DNA of 41,604 bases from Candidatus Hadarchaeota archaeon (GCA_040755315.1 JBFMBF010000010.1:1-41604), one strand, 5' to 3'. Shown: positions 18,547-28,493, counted from the stretch's first letter. Numbers and translations are program-made. The notes: a model not told the origin generated them from the letters alone.

Positions 18547-18750
18547 TTACGCACCTCCTTTTTCCTTCATTATCGTTATTATCCGGGCGATCGTGTGCCT
18601 AATCTCTTTGATTTTTGCTGGGTTTTCAAGGGTTCCTCCAGCGGCCGTCGTAGCCCGAGACCTCACCAGCTCCGCCCTAAGCTCTGTCAGCTTCGCGAGC
18701 ATCTCGTCTCTACTCATTGCTCTTATTTCACTCGCCCTCAGTATCGCCAC
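18547..18750 (-). CDS. rpl29: 50S ribosomal protein uL29
   Basis: MAILRASEIR, ENPAKIKEIRHTIARI. Confidence 0.95.
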   Translation of the reverse strand: MAILRASEIRAMSRDEMLAKLTELRAELVRSRATTAAGGTLENPAKIKEIRHTIARIITIMKEKGGA

Positions 18751-19498
18751 TGTTCTCCACCTCAGATTTGGTTTCTTCGGACGGGGCGGGCTTAGGTTGC
18801 GGCTGGGCCTCTACCTCGCTCTGGCCAGCCTGCGGCGGGACTTGCTCCCCGCTCGTGCCTGTCTCTGGCTGGGCAGCCTGCTGCTCCAGTTGAGCCTGAA
18901 TCTCCTTCTTTTCGATTTTTATCTCATCTGGCATGTGCACGTCTGGCGGCATTATTGAAACCCTCACTCCGGCGATGCCAGCCTTAAGCTGCGCAGGAGC
19001 GTAGCCGTGGCTCACAAGCATTTCAGCCGGCTTCCCCGCCTTGCTCAAGTATCCGGCATAAAATCGCTGGCTCCTTGCCCGTTCCCCCGCGATTCTGCCG
19101 GAGATTACTATCTCGACTCCGCGGGCCCCAGCTTCCATTATTCTCCTGAGCATCATCTCCCCCAACCTTCTCACACCTATCCCTTTTTCCAGAGCGAAAG
19201 CAATCCTCTTCGCCATTATCTGGCCGTGGAGTTCAGGCTTGGGTATCTCCAGCACTTCGATTTGCGGATTTTCTAGTTCAAATTCCTTCTCCAGCGTCTC
19301 CGTGAGTTGCTTGATGCTTTTTCCCTTTCGCCCTATGACCATCCCGGGTCTCTCGACATGCAGGACCACACGTGTGCCCGTGGGAATCCTCTTTATTTCA
19401 GCTCCCCCGTAGCCAGTTCTGCCGAGTTCTTCCTCAAGGTAGGTCTCGAGTTCTACCCTTTTTAGGCCCTTCTTTACGAAAAATGCTTCCGCGGGCAT
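18728..19498 (-). CDS. rps3: 30S ribosomal protein uS3 with Q/P/E-rich C-terminal tail
   Basis: RPGMVIGRKG KH domain, GARGVEIVISG. Confidence 0.96.
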   Translation of the reverse strand: MPAEAFFVKKGLKRVELETYLEEELGRTGYGGAEIKRIPTGTRVVLHVERPGMVIGRKGKSIKQLTETLEKEFELENPQIEVLEIPKPELHGQIMAKRIAFALEKGIGVRRLGEMMLRRIMEAGARGVEIVISGRIAGERARSQRFYAGYLSKAGKPAEMLVSHGYAPAQLKAGIAGVRVSIMPPDVHMPDEIKIEKKEIQAQLEQQAAQPETGTSGEQVPPQAGQSEVEAQPQPKPAPSEETKSEVENSGDTEGE

Positions 19499-19950
19499 CA
19501 GGAAGCCTCCTTCAGTATTATCTCGACATTTGTGGTGGGCTTGTTGAAGGGCGATGCCCGTCCGAAAGCACGGGGTATTATCCCAGGCATGGTTATCCCT
19601 TTTGAGGCGCTGGCGTGAGCCACTTTCAACTTCTCTGGATCCATTCCCTTGTAGCCTGCGTTTTCCTCGGCATTCTTAAGCACCTTCAGAATCTCACCCG
19701 CGGCTTTGACAGGATACGCGCCCGGCCCAACACCTCCTTTCTTGTGGGCAAGTTTCTTGTTGTGGCGGACATAAGGGATTGCCTTCTTTTTCATCTTGAC
19801 CTTTTCCAAGTAATCCTTGGCAACACTTAGCGGCAGCCCCCTTATCGCCCTGCAAATCTCAACAGAATCTTTGGGAGACACCCTAAGCTCTTTCCCATAT
19901 GCTTTGGCGCACGGCTCGTCAATTTTTGCGGAGTAACCAAACTTCGGCAT
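19498..19950 (-). CDS. rpl22: 50S ribosomal protein uL22
   Basis: VSPK, YPVKAA, PRAFGRA. Confidence 0.96.
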   Translation of the reverse strand: MPKFGYSAKIDEPCAKAYGKELRVSPKDSVEICRAIRGLPLSVAKDYLEKVKMKKKAIPYVRHNKKLAHKKGGVGPGAYPVKAAGEILKVLKNAEENAGYKGMDPEKLKVAHASASKGITMPGIIPRAFGRASPFNKPTTNVEIILKEAS

Positions 19951-19954
19951 GTCA

Positions 19955-20350
19955 TCACTTCAGAGGGACATACATGGAACTTCTCGTGGCCCCTATCCCC
20001 GGTGCCCCATGTGTAACCTTCTTTCTGGTCGGAGAAAATTCGCCGAGCTTGTGTCCTACCATCTCAGGAGCTATCTCCACAATCACAAATTCCTTCCCGT
20101 TGTGGATGCCGAACTTCAACCCAACCATGTCAGGGAAGATAATCATGTCCCTCAGGTGGGTTCTTATAGGCCCCGTCCCGCCAGCATCCTTGACCTTCCT
20201 TATTTTCTCGAGCAGTTTCTTGTGTTTTGGTGAAAAGCTCCTCGCCACCATCCTACGCTGTTTCGACGGAAGAAGCCTGGCGAACTCATCCATGGAAAGC
20301 TTCTGGAGCTCCGAGATTGTCATCCCCCTGAATGTGAATTTTTTCGGCAT
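19955..20350 (-). CDS. rps19: 30S ribosomal protein uS19
   Basis: [26 protein letters not shown]. Confidence 0.96.
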   Translation of the reverse strand: MPKKFTFRGMTISELQKLSMDEFARLLPSKQRRMVARSFSPKHKKLLEKIRKVKDAGGTGPIRTHLRDMIIFPDMVGLKFGIHNGKEFVIVEIAPEMVGHKLGEFSPTRKKVTHGAPGIGATRSSMYVPLK

Positions 20351-20354
20351 CGAC

Positions 20355-21053
20355 TTACCTCTTACCAGTCCTTCTAGCCGCTATTAAGCCAACCTTTTGC
20401 CCTGGAGGTGCTCCTCTGGGCGGAGTCTTTGGACGCCCAGCATGCTTCCCTCTGCCTCCTCCGAACGGGTGGTCCACCACGTTCATCGCCACTCCCCTGA
20501 CCCGTGGGTATGGCTTTCCTTTCCCCAGCATCACATGAAACCGCTTGCCAGCCTTGACGAACGGCTTTTCCCCGTGGCCGCCTCCCGCGACGACTCCCAC
20601 CGTTGCTCGGCACCTAGGATCGAACTCTTTTATTTCCCCGGACGGCAGCTGGACGGTCGCCCGCCCTATATCATGAGCAATCAAGACCGCGGATGTCCCG
20701 GAGGCTCTGACAAACTTCCCGCCGTCTCCGGGCATGGACTCTATGTTGTGGATTTGGGTCCCTTCAGGGATCTCAGCGAGGGCAAGGGTGTTTCCAGATT
20801 TTATTTCAGCAGAAATTCCAGCAATTATTTTGTCACCAATCTTCATCCCTTCCGGGGCCAAAACAAGACGCTCCTGTCCATCGCTGTATCTGACCCTCGC
20901 CACGGGGGCAATCCTTCCGGGGTCATGGAGGATGTCCACGACAGCCGCTTCCCCTTCATTCAACAGCTTGACCTCGCCAAGTCGCCTCCAGGACTTCGCC
21001 CTATATGTCGGGGCACTGTCTCCCATTCTTCTTGATCTTGTGTGCTTGCCCAT
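20355..21053 (-). CDS. rpl2: 50S ribosomal protein uL2
   Basis: [40 protein letters not shown]. Confidence 0.97.
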   Translation of the reverse strand: MGKHTRSRRMGDSAPTYRAKSWRRLGEVKLLNEGEAAVVDILHDPGRIAPVARVRYSDGQERLVLAPEGMKIGDKIIAGISAEIKSGNTLALAEIPEGTQIHNIESMPGDGGKFVRASGTSAVLIAHDIGRATVQLPSGEIKEFDPRCRATVGVVAGGGHGEKPFVKAGKRFHVMLGKGKPYPRVRGVAMNVVDHPFGGGRGKHAGRPKTPPRGAPPGQKVGLIAARRTGKR

Positions 21054-21316
21054 CAGATCATCCCCAGCTTAGTCGCCAGGTCCGCAGCGGAAAATTCTGG
21101 CGCCAGCCTCACGTACGCTTTTTTTTCTCCCTTCGGAGTTGTCTCCATGTTCACCTTTGTGACCTTCACCTCGTAAAGGCGCTCCACGGCATACTTCACG
21201 TCAGATTTGTTGGCATCCTTGGCCACAGCGAAAATCAGCTTGTTTTCCGACTCTACCAGAGTCACGGCTCTTTCGGTGGCTTTTGGATAAAGCAAGACCT
21301 TGTGAGGATCTTTCAC
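21053..21316 (-). CDS. rpl23: 50S ribosomal protein uL23
   Basis: TERA, NKLIF, KKAYVRL. Confidence 0.95.
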   Translation of the reverse strand: MKDPHKVLLYPKATERAVTLVESENKLIFAVAKDANKSDVKYAVERLYEVKVTKVNMETTPKGEKKAYVRLAPEFSAADLATKLGMI

Positions 21317-22098
21317 GATGTTGCCCCCCCGGCTAGCTTTTGGATTGCGCCCTTGGTCCAGACGGTCAATCTTCCTGGGGTCCCGCCTGGAGCTAGCAGC
21401 TCCGCGTTCAGAGACGCAACAGTGGATACATCAAGTCCTGGGATGTTGCGCGCCCCTTTAAGCAGCCCCTTGTCCTGAGCGACAACCAGAAGCGGCCCTA
21501 CTGCAGACCTGTACCTCCTGCCTCTCATTTTCCCACGGCCGGCCCTAACCTTCTTGCTGGCCTCCACCCTCTCGACATCTTTCCACACGCCGAACCTCTC
21601 GAGGACAACCTTCACCTCGCTTGTCTTCTTCAAGCCCTCAAAGTCATCTGCAAGAACAAGCGGAATTTCCTTGACATCATCTACAATGTGTCCGCGGGAG
21701 GCGACGAGGGACTTCAATTTCGTGGCTGAAATGGCTGACCGTATGGCGAGTTTCCTCTCTTTTTTGTTTATGCGCTCGTGGATTACCTCTTCCACCCTTG
21801 GCGGGTGGGCCCTCCTGCCGCCGACTGTGTGAGGTGCGAAAGCCGCCAAACCTGATGCAGGAGATCTGCTCCCCTTCACGCGCCGCACTCTGGAGGTGCC
21901 GTGTCCCTTGCCCCATGTCTCGGCCGATGTCCTTTTCCCGGCCATTGTATCCGGTCCCCAAGGCTGGATTCTGGCCGTCTGAGCAGATATCACGGCGCGC
22001 TTTATCAGGTCCGGCCGTACATCCGTCTCGAATATCTCGGGGAGGTCCATCTGTTCAACCTCCTGTCCTTCGATTGAAAATACTTTGGCCTTCATCAT
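21313..22098 (-). CDS. rpl4: 50S ribosomal protein uL4
   Basis: RPDLIKRAV, GGRRAHPP, RAGRGKMRGRRY, LAPGGTPGRLT. Confidence 0.97.
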   Translation of the reverse strand: MMKAKVFSIEGQEVEQMDLPEIFETDVRPDLIKRAVISAQTARIQPWGPDTMAGKRTSAETWGKGHGTSRVRRVKGSRSPASGLAAFAPHTVGGRRAHPPRVEEVIHERINKKERKLAIRSAISATKLKSLVASRGHIVDDVKEIPLVLADDFEGLKKTSEVKVVLERFGVWKDVERVEASKKVRAGRGKMRGRRYRSAVGPLLVVAQDKGLLKGARNIPGLDVSTVASLNAELLAPGGTPGRLTVWTKGAIQKLAGGATS

Positions 22099-23105
22099 CT
22101 CCCCTGTCCCGACGCCGTGCTTATGTATGTGATGGTCGGAGGCGATGTTGGACGCGTGGGCGGCAGCCTGGCAGCCTGCCTTAACTGCACGAGCCTTTTT
22201 GTTGGGCCCGGCACAGACCCCGCAACCACCACGTAGCCCGACTTGATCCCGCCGTATCTCAGAAATCCGCCTTTGGGCGTGACCTCCTTGCCGTCACCGC
22301 CGATTTTGAGTATGCGCTTGTTGAACTCGGTGCGCTGGTGGTATCCCATTTGGCCGGGAGCCGGGACAGTCCAGAATATCCTTGAGGGACTCCATGGACC
22401 CAAAGTTCCCACCTGTCTTTTCCCGCCCTCCGACTTCCTTGGAAGTATCTTGATTCCCCATCTCTTTACAGGGCCTTGGAAGCCCTTTCCCTTGCTGACG
22501 GCGATCACGTCCACATGCTCGCCTTCCTTGAACACCTCCGGAGCTTTCACCTCTTTGCCGAGCACCCCCTTGGAGTAGTTCCACTTCTCTTCCGCTGAGC
22601 TTCCTCCAACCCTAATCTCTACAAGGTCGGGCTTCTTCCTCAGAAGGCTGCTCTTGGATGGTTGGGTGCAGGCTATGACTCTGATGTCTACAACCTTTCC
22701 GCCTTTGACCATGGCTTCCCCACGCTCGATTGCCTTCTGAAGGTCCGGCTTTTTCGGAAGCGAGAGAAGTCGGGACAGCTCCTTTGGAAGCTCCGCCGCC
22801 CAGACGTCGGTGATTGCGTTTAAAGCGCTGATTTTTTTCCCGTAAAGGCGAACGGCGCAGACGATTGCAGGAGGAACCTCCAGCACGGTAGCAGGGACGC
22901 TAATCTCCTGACCGCTGGTGAGAGTGCCCTTTCTGTCATCCATAATGAAAATTTGGATCATTCCAGCCTTGTATCCGGCTATGCCCTGTAGACCAACGGC
23001 AGTAGTCTCTGGCCATGCCCGCACCTGGGCTACCAACCTTGGGGCCCTGACTCTCGGCATGTACGCGAGGGAGCCCCTTCGCGGATGGCTCGCGCGCTTT
23101 CCCAT
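22095..23105 (-). CDS. rpl3: 50S ribosomal protein uL3
   Basis: PRRGSL, GYKAGM, KGKGFQGPVKRWG, GQMGYHQRTEFNK. Confidence 0.97.
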   Translation of the reverse strand: MGKRASHPRRGSLAYMPRVRAPRLVAQVRAWPETTAVGLQGIAGYKAGMIQIFIMDDRKGTLTSGQEISVPATVLEVPPAIVCAVRLYGKKISALNAITDVWAAELPKELSRLLSLPKKPDLQKAIERGEAMVKGGKVVDIRVIACTQPSKSSLLRKKPDLVEIRVGGSSAEEKWNYSKGVLGKEVKAPEVFKEGEHVDVIAVSKGKGFQGPVKRWGIKILPRKSEGGKRQVGTLGPWSPSRIFWTVPAPGQMGYHQRTEFNKRILKIGGDGKEVTPKGGFLRYGGIKSGYVVVAGSVPGPTKRLVQLRQAARLPPTRPTSPPTITYISTASGQGR

Positions 23106-23106
23106 T

Positions 23107-23946
23107 TTACTTTCTCCTGAAGGTGTTCAGCAGCGATAGGGTGGCAACTAGCGCCTCCTCGGCCCTCACGGTTACAGTACCTTGGTCAGGAACTGTGTTC
23201 ACCACCAAGTCGAAGATGCCCTCGACGGAGGTGCCTTGGCGCTCGCATATCTTCTGGAGGCCCGCGTATGGGCCGCCGAATGCCACAGCCACGCTGCGCG
23301 CCCTTTCCCCTTTTATGGATTTTTCAAGCTCATATAAGTTTTGGCCCAGTCTTGAGGTACCGACTTTGAGCTCCGGCTTCAGGAGGTCAAGGCCGTCAGC
23401 CAGGCTTTTCGCCTCCAGAACCTCATAACCCCAGTATTCAGGGATTTCACCCTTCCGGACAGGGGTCACGGGGATGAACTCTTCAGCCCTTTCCCCAAGC
23501 CTTAAAGAGAGCCGCTGGCGGAGCCTAACTTTGGCGTCCGTTATACCCTTGGTTGGAAGGCCTATTTCGACCAGGCTTTTTTTGCCAATATTTATCACAG
23601 CACCTTCTCGGTAGTCGCCCGGCCTGTTTTTCTCACCCCCGAGGGGGTGGTGAGGTGTTCTGAGCGGAGGGAGCAGGCCGGCGTAGCGGAGTTCCTCTTT
23701 GACAGGGAACAATATTTTTCTCAAGTATTGCGGAGTCTCCATGTAGTTCAGGAGGATGGTTATGAGCTTTTTCTCCTTCTCCTGGTTTCTTACTTGGGGC
23801 TCGTCATCGCTGTAAATGCAGACCTTGTCTACCTGAAATATCGCCAGAGCGCGGCCGACCATGCCCACCTTAATTGTTTTCTGCGAGAGTTCATACGAGT
23901 CGCTTGCCAGCGAAGCAGGCAGTAGGACAAAAGTTTCAGGCTTCAT
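23107..23946 (-). CDS. SPOUT-family RNA methyltransferase (MTH1/DUF171 type)
   Basis: YMETPQYLRK, AGLLPPLRTPHH, NTVPDQGTVTVRAEEA; typical position upstream of rpl3. Confidence 0.87.
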   Translation of the reverse strand: MKPETFVLLPASLASDSYELSQKTIKVGMVGRALAIFQVDKVCIYSDDEPQVRNQEKEKKLITILLNYMETPQYLRKILFPVKEELRYAGLLPPLRTPHHPLGGEKNRPGDYREGAVINIGKKSLVEIGLPTKGITDAKVRLRQRLSLRLGERAEEFIPVTPVRKGEIPEYWGYEVLEAKSLADGLDLLKPELKVGTSRLGQNLYELEKSIKGERARSVAVAFGGPYAGLQKICERQGTSVEGIFDLVVNTVPDQGTVTVRAEEALVATLSLLNTFRRK

Positions 23947-23962
23947 GATATTCCTTACTATG

Positions 23963-25444
23963 CTATCCCTTTGCGACCCCGATGGGCTTCAGCCTTACGA
24001 CTTTTCTGGATATGCCGGCCCTGTGTGAGATGTCAACCACACGGTCCACATCCTTGTATGCTTCTGGAGCTTCTTCGGCAATCACGGAAATCTTGGCAGC
24101 CCTCACGATTGTCCCCTGGGTTTCAAGTTTTTGTCTGACATCTTCTCCCCAGAAGCGCTTCAGGGCGGCTGTTCTGCTCAAGTGGCGTCCAGCTCCGTGA
24201 GCCGTGGACCCGAACGTTTCTTCCATACCCTGCTGGGTTCCGACCAGAACATAGGAGGCTCGCCCCATGTCTCCCGGGATGAGCACAGGTTGCCCGACAT
24301 CGCGGTAAAAGGAAGGAATGTCCGGGTGTCCTGGCCCGAAAGCCCTGGTGGCCCCCTTGCGGTGGATATAGACTTTCTTGCGCTCCCCGTCAATCTTGTG
24401 TTCCTCGAGCTTGGCGATGTTGTGGGCGACGTCATAGACAATGTGGAGACCAAGAGACTCCGCGTCCTTTCCGAAGACCTGCTCGAAAGACTGCCGGACC
24501 CAGTGGACTATCATCTGCCGGTTGGCCCATGCAAAGTTTGCCGCACACTTCATGGCGGCGAGATAGTCCTGCCCTTCAGGAGAGTTGGCCGGAACGTTGA
24601 CGAGCTCCCTGTCAGGAAGCTGGATGTTGTATTTGTGTATTGCCCGCTCCATGTTTCGCAAGTAATCCGAGCAGACCTGGTGGCCGAGCCCCCTAGAGCC
24701 GGTATGAATCATAACTGTGACCTGGTCTTCCCGCTCAATGCCAAATTTTTTTGCCACATCGGGCTCGTAGATTTTGTTGACAGTCTGTATTTCCAAAAAG
24801 TGGTTCCCGCTGCCGAGGCTGCCCAGCTGTGGGAAGCCCCTGTGCTTGGCCTCAGGGCTCACTTTCCTTGCGTCGGCACCAGCCATGCAGCCCCTTTCCT
24901 CCAGCCTTTCCACATCTTCCTTCCACCCGAAGCCGTTCTCCACGGCCCATATCGCGCCGTTTTCGAGCACCTGGTCAAGCTGGGCGGGCGTAAGTTTCAC
25001 GTGGCCGGTGCTCCCCAGACCGGACGGGACATTTCTGAAAAGTGTTTCGACCAGCTGTTTAATTTTTGGCACCACATCGGCTTTGTCAAGGTTAGTCTTG
25101 AGCAATCTGACGCCACAGTTGATATCGTATCCCACGCCCCCGGGGCTGATGACTCCAGTTTCGGCATCTGTGGCCGCGACACCCCCTATTGGAAATCCAT
25201 ATCCCTGGTGCCCGTCAGGCAGTGTCACCGAGTATTTGTAGATCCCTCTCAAAAAGGTAACATTTAGGGCCTGCTCCAATGTGAGGTCTTTTCTCATGTC
25301 GTTCAGCATCTCGGCGTCGGCGTAAATCCTGGCGGGGACCAGCATCCCTGGTTTGGCACCTTTGGGAATCTCCCATCTGACCTCATCAATTTGGACTATC
25401 TTGCCCTTCCACGGCCCAAAAGCCGCCATTTTTTCTTCTTCCAT
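23963..25444 (-). CDS. rtcB: RNA 2',3'-cyclic phosphate/3'-phosphate ligase RtcB
   Basis: PDGHQGYGFPIGGV, GYDINCG, GSGNHFLE, HTGSRG, HRKGAT, HGAGR; no intein. Confidence 0.96.
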   Translation of the reverse strand: MEEEKMAAFGPWKGKIVQIDEVRWEIPKGAKPGMLVPARIYADAEMLNDMRKDLTLEQALNVTFLRGIYKYSVTLPDGHQGYGFPIGGVAATDAETGVISPGGVGYDINCGVRLLKTNLDKADVVPKIKQLVETLFRNVPSGLGSTGHVKLTPAQLDQVLENGAIWAVENGFGWKEDVERLEERGCMAGADARKVSPEAKHRGFPQLGSLGSGNHFLEIQTVNKIYEPDVAKKFGIEREDQVTVMIHTGSRGLGHQVCSDYLRNMERAIHKYNIQLPDRELVNVPANSPEGQDYLAAMKCAANFAWANRQMIVHWVRQSFEQVFGKDAESLGLHIVYDVAHNIAKLEEHKIDGERKKVYIHRKGATRAFGPGHPDIPSFYRDVGQPVLIPGDMGRASYVLVGTQQGMEETFGSTAHGAGRHLSRTAALKRFWGEDVRQKLETQGTIVRAAKISVIAEEAPEAYKDVDRVVDISHRAGISRKVVRLKPIGVAKG

Positions 25445-25497
25445 TGTCCCAAAATACTAACGAGCAGCTACTTAATAGTCCACTCGTTCGGCGATGA

Positions 25498-26787
25498 TTA
25501 CTCGATTAGCTCAATCTTCGCCCCAAGTTTCACCATGTCGCCGACAAAAGTTGGGTAGGAAACAGGAATGCTTTCAGCGCCGTCGACCACCGTTTGCCCG
25601 CGTGCCACCAGTCCCGCCACCGCGAATGCCATCGCCATCCTGTGATCTCCGAAGGACTCAACCTTGGCACCGCTGAGCTCTTTCACGCCGTTTATCTGGA
25701 GCCCATCTGGCTGCTCTTTTGCATCGGCCCTGAACTTTCTGAGCCCGACAGCTAGTGCCCTGAGCCGGTCGGTCTCTTTTACTCTCAGGTGTGGGATGTT
25801 GCTCAGTCTGGTCTTGCCGTCTGCGACTGAGCCTAGGACCGCGAGGACTGGGACCAAGTCTGGGTTGTCCCCGCAGTCGGCTTCTATTCCTGAAAGCTCT
25901 CCAGTGCTTGAAACATGGACTGTTTTTCCCTTAACGAAAACATCTGCACCGAACTGGCCGAGAAAATCAACTATTCTCTTGTCGCCCTGCGCGCTTTTAA
26001 CGTTCAGGTTTTTCACGCTCGCAGACGACGCGGTGATTGCGGCCGCACCGAGTACAAATGCAGCGGATGAAAAATCACCGGGGATTGCCAAATCGAGAGG
26101 CTTGAAAACTTGCCCGCCTGGGATGGAGAACTCGGTCAGGCTCTTGTTCCTTTTCACTTTTGCATCTGCCGCCTCCATCAGCTCGAGGGTGATCTCGATG
26201 TAGGGCTTGGAGCGCAGCTCTTCTGTTATTGTGATTTTTGTGTCTTCCCTTGCATATGGTGCGGCGAGAAGCAACGCTGAGATGAACTGGGAACTCACGG
26301 CGCCAGTTATTTCCACCTCACCTCCAGCGAGCCCGCCTCCCACGACGACTGGCGGTCTTCCATCGGGCCCCTCACAGCGTCCCTTTGCCCCAAGTTTTTT
26401 CAGTGATTCGACAAGCGGTCCCATCGGTCTTTTCTGGATGGATTCGTCTCCCGTGAGCTTTACAGGCTTGTGGGAGAGGGCGGAAATCGCGCTGATCATC
26501 CTGATGGTTGTACCAGAATTCTTTACATCTATGACATCTTTCTTTGGTTTGATTTTGCCGCCTGTCCCGCAGACTCGCCAGACTTCCCCGTCCTGCGAAA
26601 CTTCTGCGCCCAGTATTCTTGCGGCATCTATTGTGGCCAGCGTGTCCAAGCCCAGAAGTGGCGCCCGAATCCTGCTTTCCCCGTCAGCCAGCAGGGCGAT
26701 CATGAATGCGCGGTGAGTGTAAGACTTGGATGGGGGCGCAACGATCTCTCCCAATACCTTTGACGGTTGGACTTTCAGCAATGCCAT
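25498..26787 (-). CDS. aroA: 3-phosphoshikimate 1-carboxyvinyltransferase (EPSP synthase)
   Basis: PPSKSYTHR, NSGTT, SSQFISALL, LRVKETDR, DHRMAM. Confidence 0.95.
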   Translation of the reverse strand: MALLKVQPSKVLGEIVAPPSKSYTHRAFMIALLADGESRIRAPLLGLDTLATIDAARILGAEVSQDGEVWRVCGTGGKIKPKKDVIDVKNSGTTIRMISAISALSHKPVKLTGDESIQKRPMGPLVESLKKLGAKGRCEGPDGRPPVVVGGGLAGGEVEITGAVSSQFISALLLAAPYAREDTKITITEELRSKPYIEITLELMEAADAKVKRNKSLTEFSIPGGQVFKPLDLAIPGDFSSAAFVLGAAAITASSASVKNLNVKSAQGDKRIVDFLGQFGADVFVKGKTVHVSSTGELSGIEADCGDNPDLVPVLAVLGSVADGKTRLSNIPHLRVKETDRLRALAVGLRKFRADAKEQPDGLQINGVKELSGAKVESFGDHRMAMAFAVAGLVARGQTVVDGAESIPVSYPTFVGDMVKLGAKIELIE

Positions 26788-26915
26788 GGGTTCCGTTGAG
26801 ACTTCTGGAGAGGAATTTAAATAATTAAAGGGATGCCCAAATCAAGTTTGCCGGGGTTTGCAAAATTTGGGGATTGGTTTTTATATCCTCCCTACTCACT
26901 CTCACCGGTGTGTAA

Positions 26916-27902
26916 GTGCCAAAAATTTACTACGAGAAGGACGCGGAGATGGACCCTCTCGATGGAAGGACAATTGCGATAGTGGGTTACGGGAACCAGG
27001 GACAGGCCCAAGCCAACAACCTCAGGGACTCTGGCTGCAAGGTGATCATAGGTAGCATCAAAGACGCCAGCTACGATCAAGCATTGAAAGACGGCTTCAA
27101 AGTCCACAGTATTTCAGATGCGACGAAGATGGCGGACATAATTCACATCCTCATCCCGGACGAGTACCAGGCAAAAGTATACGAGAAAGAAATCGCCCCA
27201 CAGCTGAGGAAAGGCAAGGTGCTCTGCTTCAGCCACGGTTTCAACATCCACTTCAAGCAGATAGTGCCGCCGAAATTCGTGGACGTGATAATGATTGCTC
27301 CGAAGGCGCCTGGGGCTCTTCTGCGAAGGATGTACCAGCAGGGATCCGGGACACCGGGACTCCTAGCGGTTGAGCAGGACGCGAGCGGGAAGGCAAAGAA
27401 GATAGCCCTGGCGATGGCGAAGGGAGTAGGGCTGACGAGAATAGGCGTCGTTGAAACCACATTCAAAGAGGAGGTGGAGACGGACCTCTTCGGGGAGCAG
27501 GCCGTCCTTGTCGGGGGAGTTTCAGAGCTGATGAAAGCAGGGTTTGAAACTCTGGTGGAAGCGGGATACCAGCCAGAGATAGCCTACTTTGAGTGCCTAA
27601 ACGAGCTGAAGCTGATAGTCGACCTTGTCTACGAGCACGGCATAGAGGGGATGATGAAAGCCGTCAGCAACACAGCTGAGTACGGCGGAAGGACAAAAGG
27701 CAAGCTGATAATCGACGACCGGGCGAGAAAGACTATGAAGAAGATGCTGGCGGAAGTGCAGAGCGGCAAGTTTGCGAAGGAATGGATTGAGGAGAGCCAA
27801 AAGGGAATCCCCAATCTCAAACGCATGCGCGAGGAAGCCGGCAAACACCTGGTCGAGAGGATCGGGCGAGATTTGAGGAAGTGGGCTGGGATAGAAAAAT
27901 AG
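26916..27902 (+). CDS. ilvC: Ketol-acid reductoisomerase
   Basis: GYGNQG, FSHGFNIH, APKAPG, ETDLFGEQ, SNTAEYG. Confidence 0.96.
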   Translation: MPKIYYEKDAEMDPLDGRTIAIVGYGNQGQAQANNLRDSGCKVIIGSIKDASYDQALKDGFKVHSISDATKMADIIHILIPDEYQAKVYEKEIAPQLRKGKVLCFSHGFNIHFKQIVPPKFVDVIMIAPKAPGALLRRMYQQGSGTPGLLAVEQDASGKAKKIALAMAKGVGLTRIGVVETTFKEEVETDLFGEQAVLVGGVSELMKAGFETLVEAGYQPEIAYFECLNELKLIVDLVYEHGIEGMMKAVSNTAEYGGRTKGKLIIDDRARKTMKKMLAEVQSGKFAKEWIEESQKGIPNLKRMREEAGKHLVERIGRDLRKWAGIEK

Positions 27903-27916
27903 CGTCGGCCAGCCAA

Positions 27917-28489
27917 TCATCTACCGTATGTCCCAGTAAGAGTGGCTTCTGCGATAACATGGCCGCTTACGGCCTGCTCAAGCTGCGCCTTTGTCGCGCC
28001 AGATTCCAGGGAAAGAACGGAGTTGAGGGCGAAAAGTTTGAACCTGTATCTGTGAGCTGGACCTGCCGGTGGGTCCGGTCCACCGTAACTGAGGTTCCCA
28101 AAATCATTAACTCCCTCCACTGCGCCAGAACTCGTTACAATGTCTGAAGATTGAATGTCATCTGGAATGTTTTCCGTGTTTGGCGGGATGTTCCAGATGA
28201 TCCAGTGGGTGAAGTTCCCAGCATCAAGGTCTTCAACAATCAGAGCCAAGCCCGTGGCCGCCGGATCAACGCCGCTTATCCCCAAAGGAGGCGAGACGTT
28301 TATCCCGTCCGCAGTATATTTTTCCGGGATGGTCCCGCCTTCTGAAAATGCACTGCTTGTTATTTTCATGCTGGAGCTTGCGCTGGGAGTGGAGCTTGGA
28401 GATCCACCAGGTCTAACGAGCAAAGCCGCGGCAGTGAATCCAACTACAGCTAGTACAACCACAATGCCGACGACGGCAGTCCTAGCCAT
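27917..28489 (-). CDS. YbhB/YbcL (PEBP/Raf kinase inhibitor-like) protein with N-terminal membrane anchor
   Basis: ITSSAF, NVSPPL, FTHWIIWNI, YGGPDPP, HRYRFKLFAL; hydrophobic N-terminus and Ser-rich linker; start likely ATG28489. Confidence 0.88.
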   Translation of the reverse strand: MARTAVVGIVVVLAVVGFTAAALLVRPGGSPSSTPSASSSMKITSSAFSEGGTIPEKYTADGINVSPPLGISGVDPAATGLALIVEDLDAGNFTHWIIWNIPPNTENIPDDIQSSDIVTSSGAVEGVNDFGNLSYGGPDPPAGPAHRYRFKLFALNSVLSLESGATKAQLEQAVSGHVIAEATLTGTYGR

Positions 28490-28493
28490 GGCA

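Noticed and set aside
18728..18900. Low-complexity Q/P/E tail on uS3
   Set aside because: Variable acidic or disordered uS3 tails are common in euryarchaea
24131..25267. 378-aa ORF antisense to rtcB (likewise 37965-39047, 29848-30693, 20397-21035)
   Set aside because: Antisense shadows of well-supported genes in GC-rich DNA
23963..25444. Intein in RtcB
   Set aside because: 493 aa with contiguous motifs (GYDINCG intact); no insertion
26836..26872. Imperfect inverted repeat CCCAAAT...ATTTGGG between aroA and ilvC
   Set aside because: Interrupted pairing, no leader peptide or T-tract; cannot distinguish from chance
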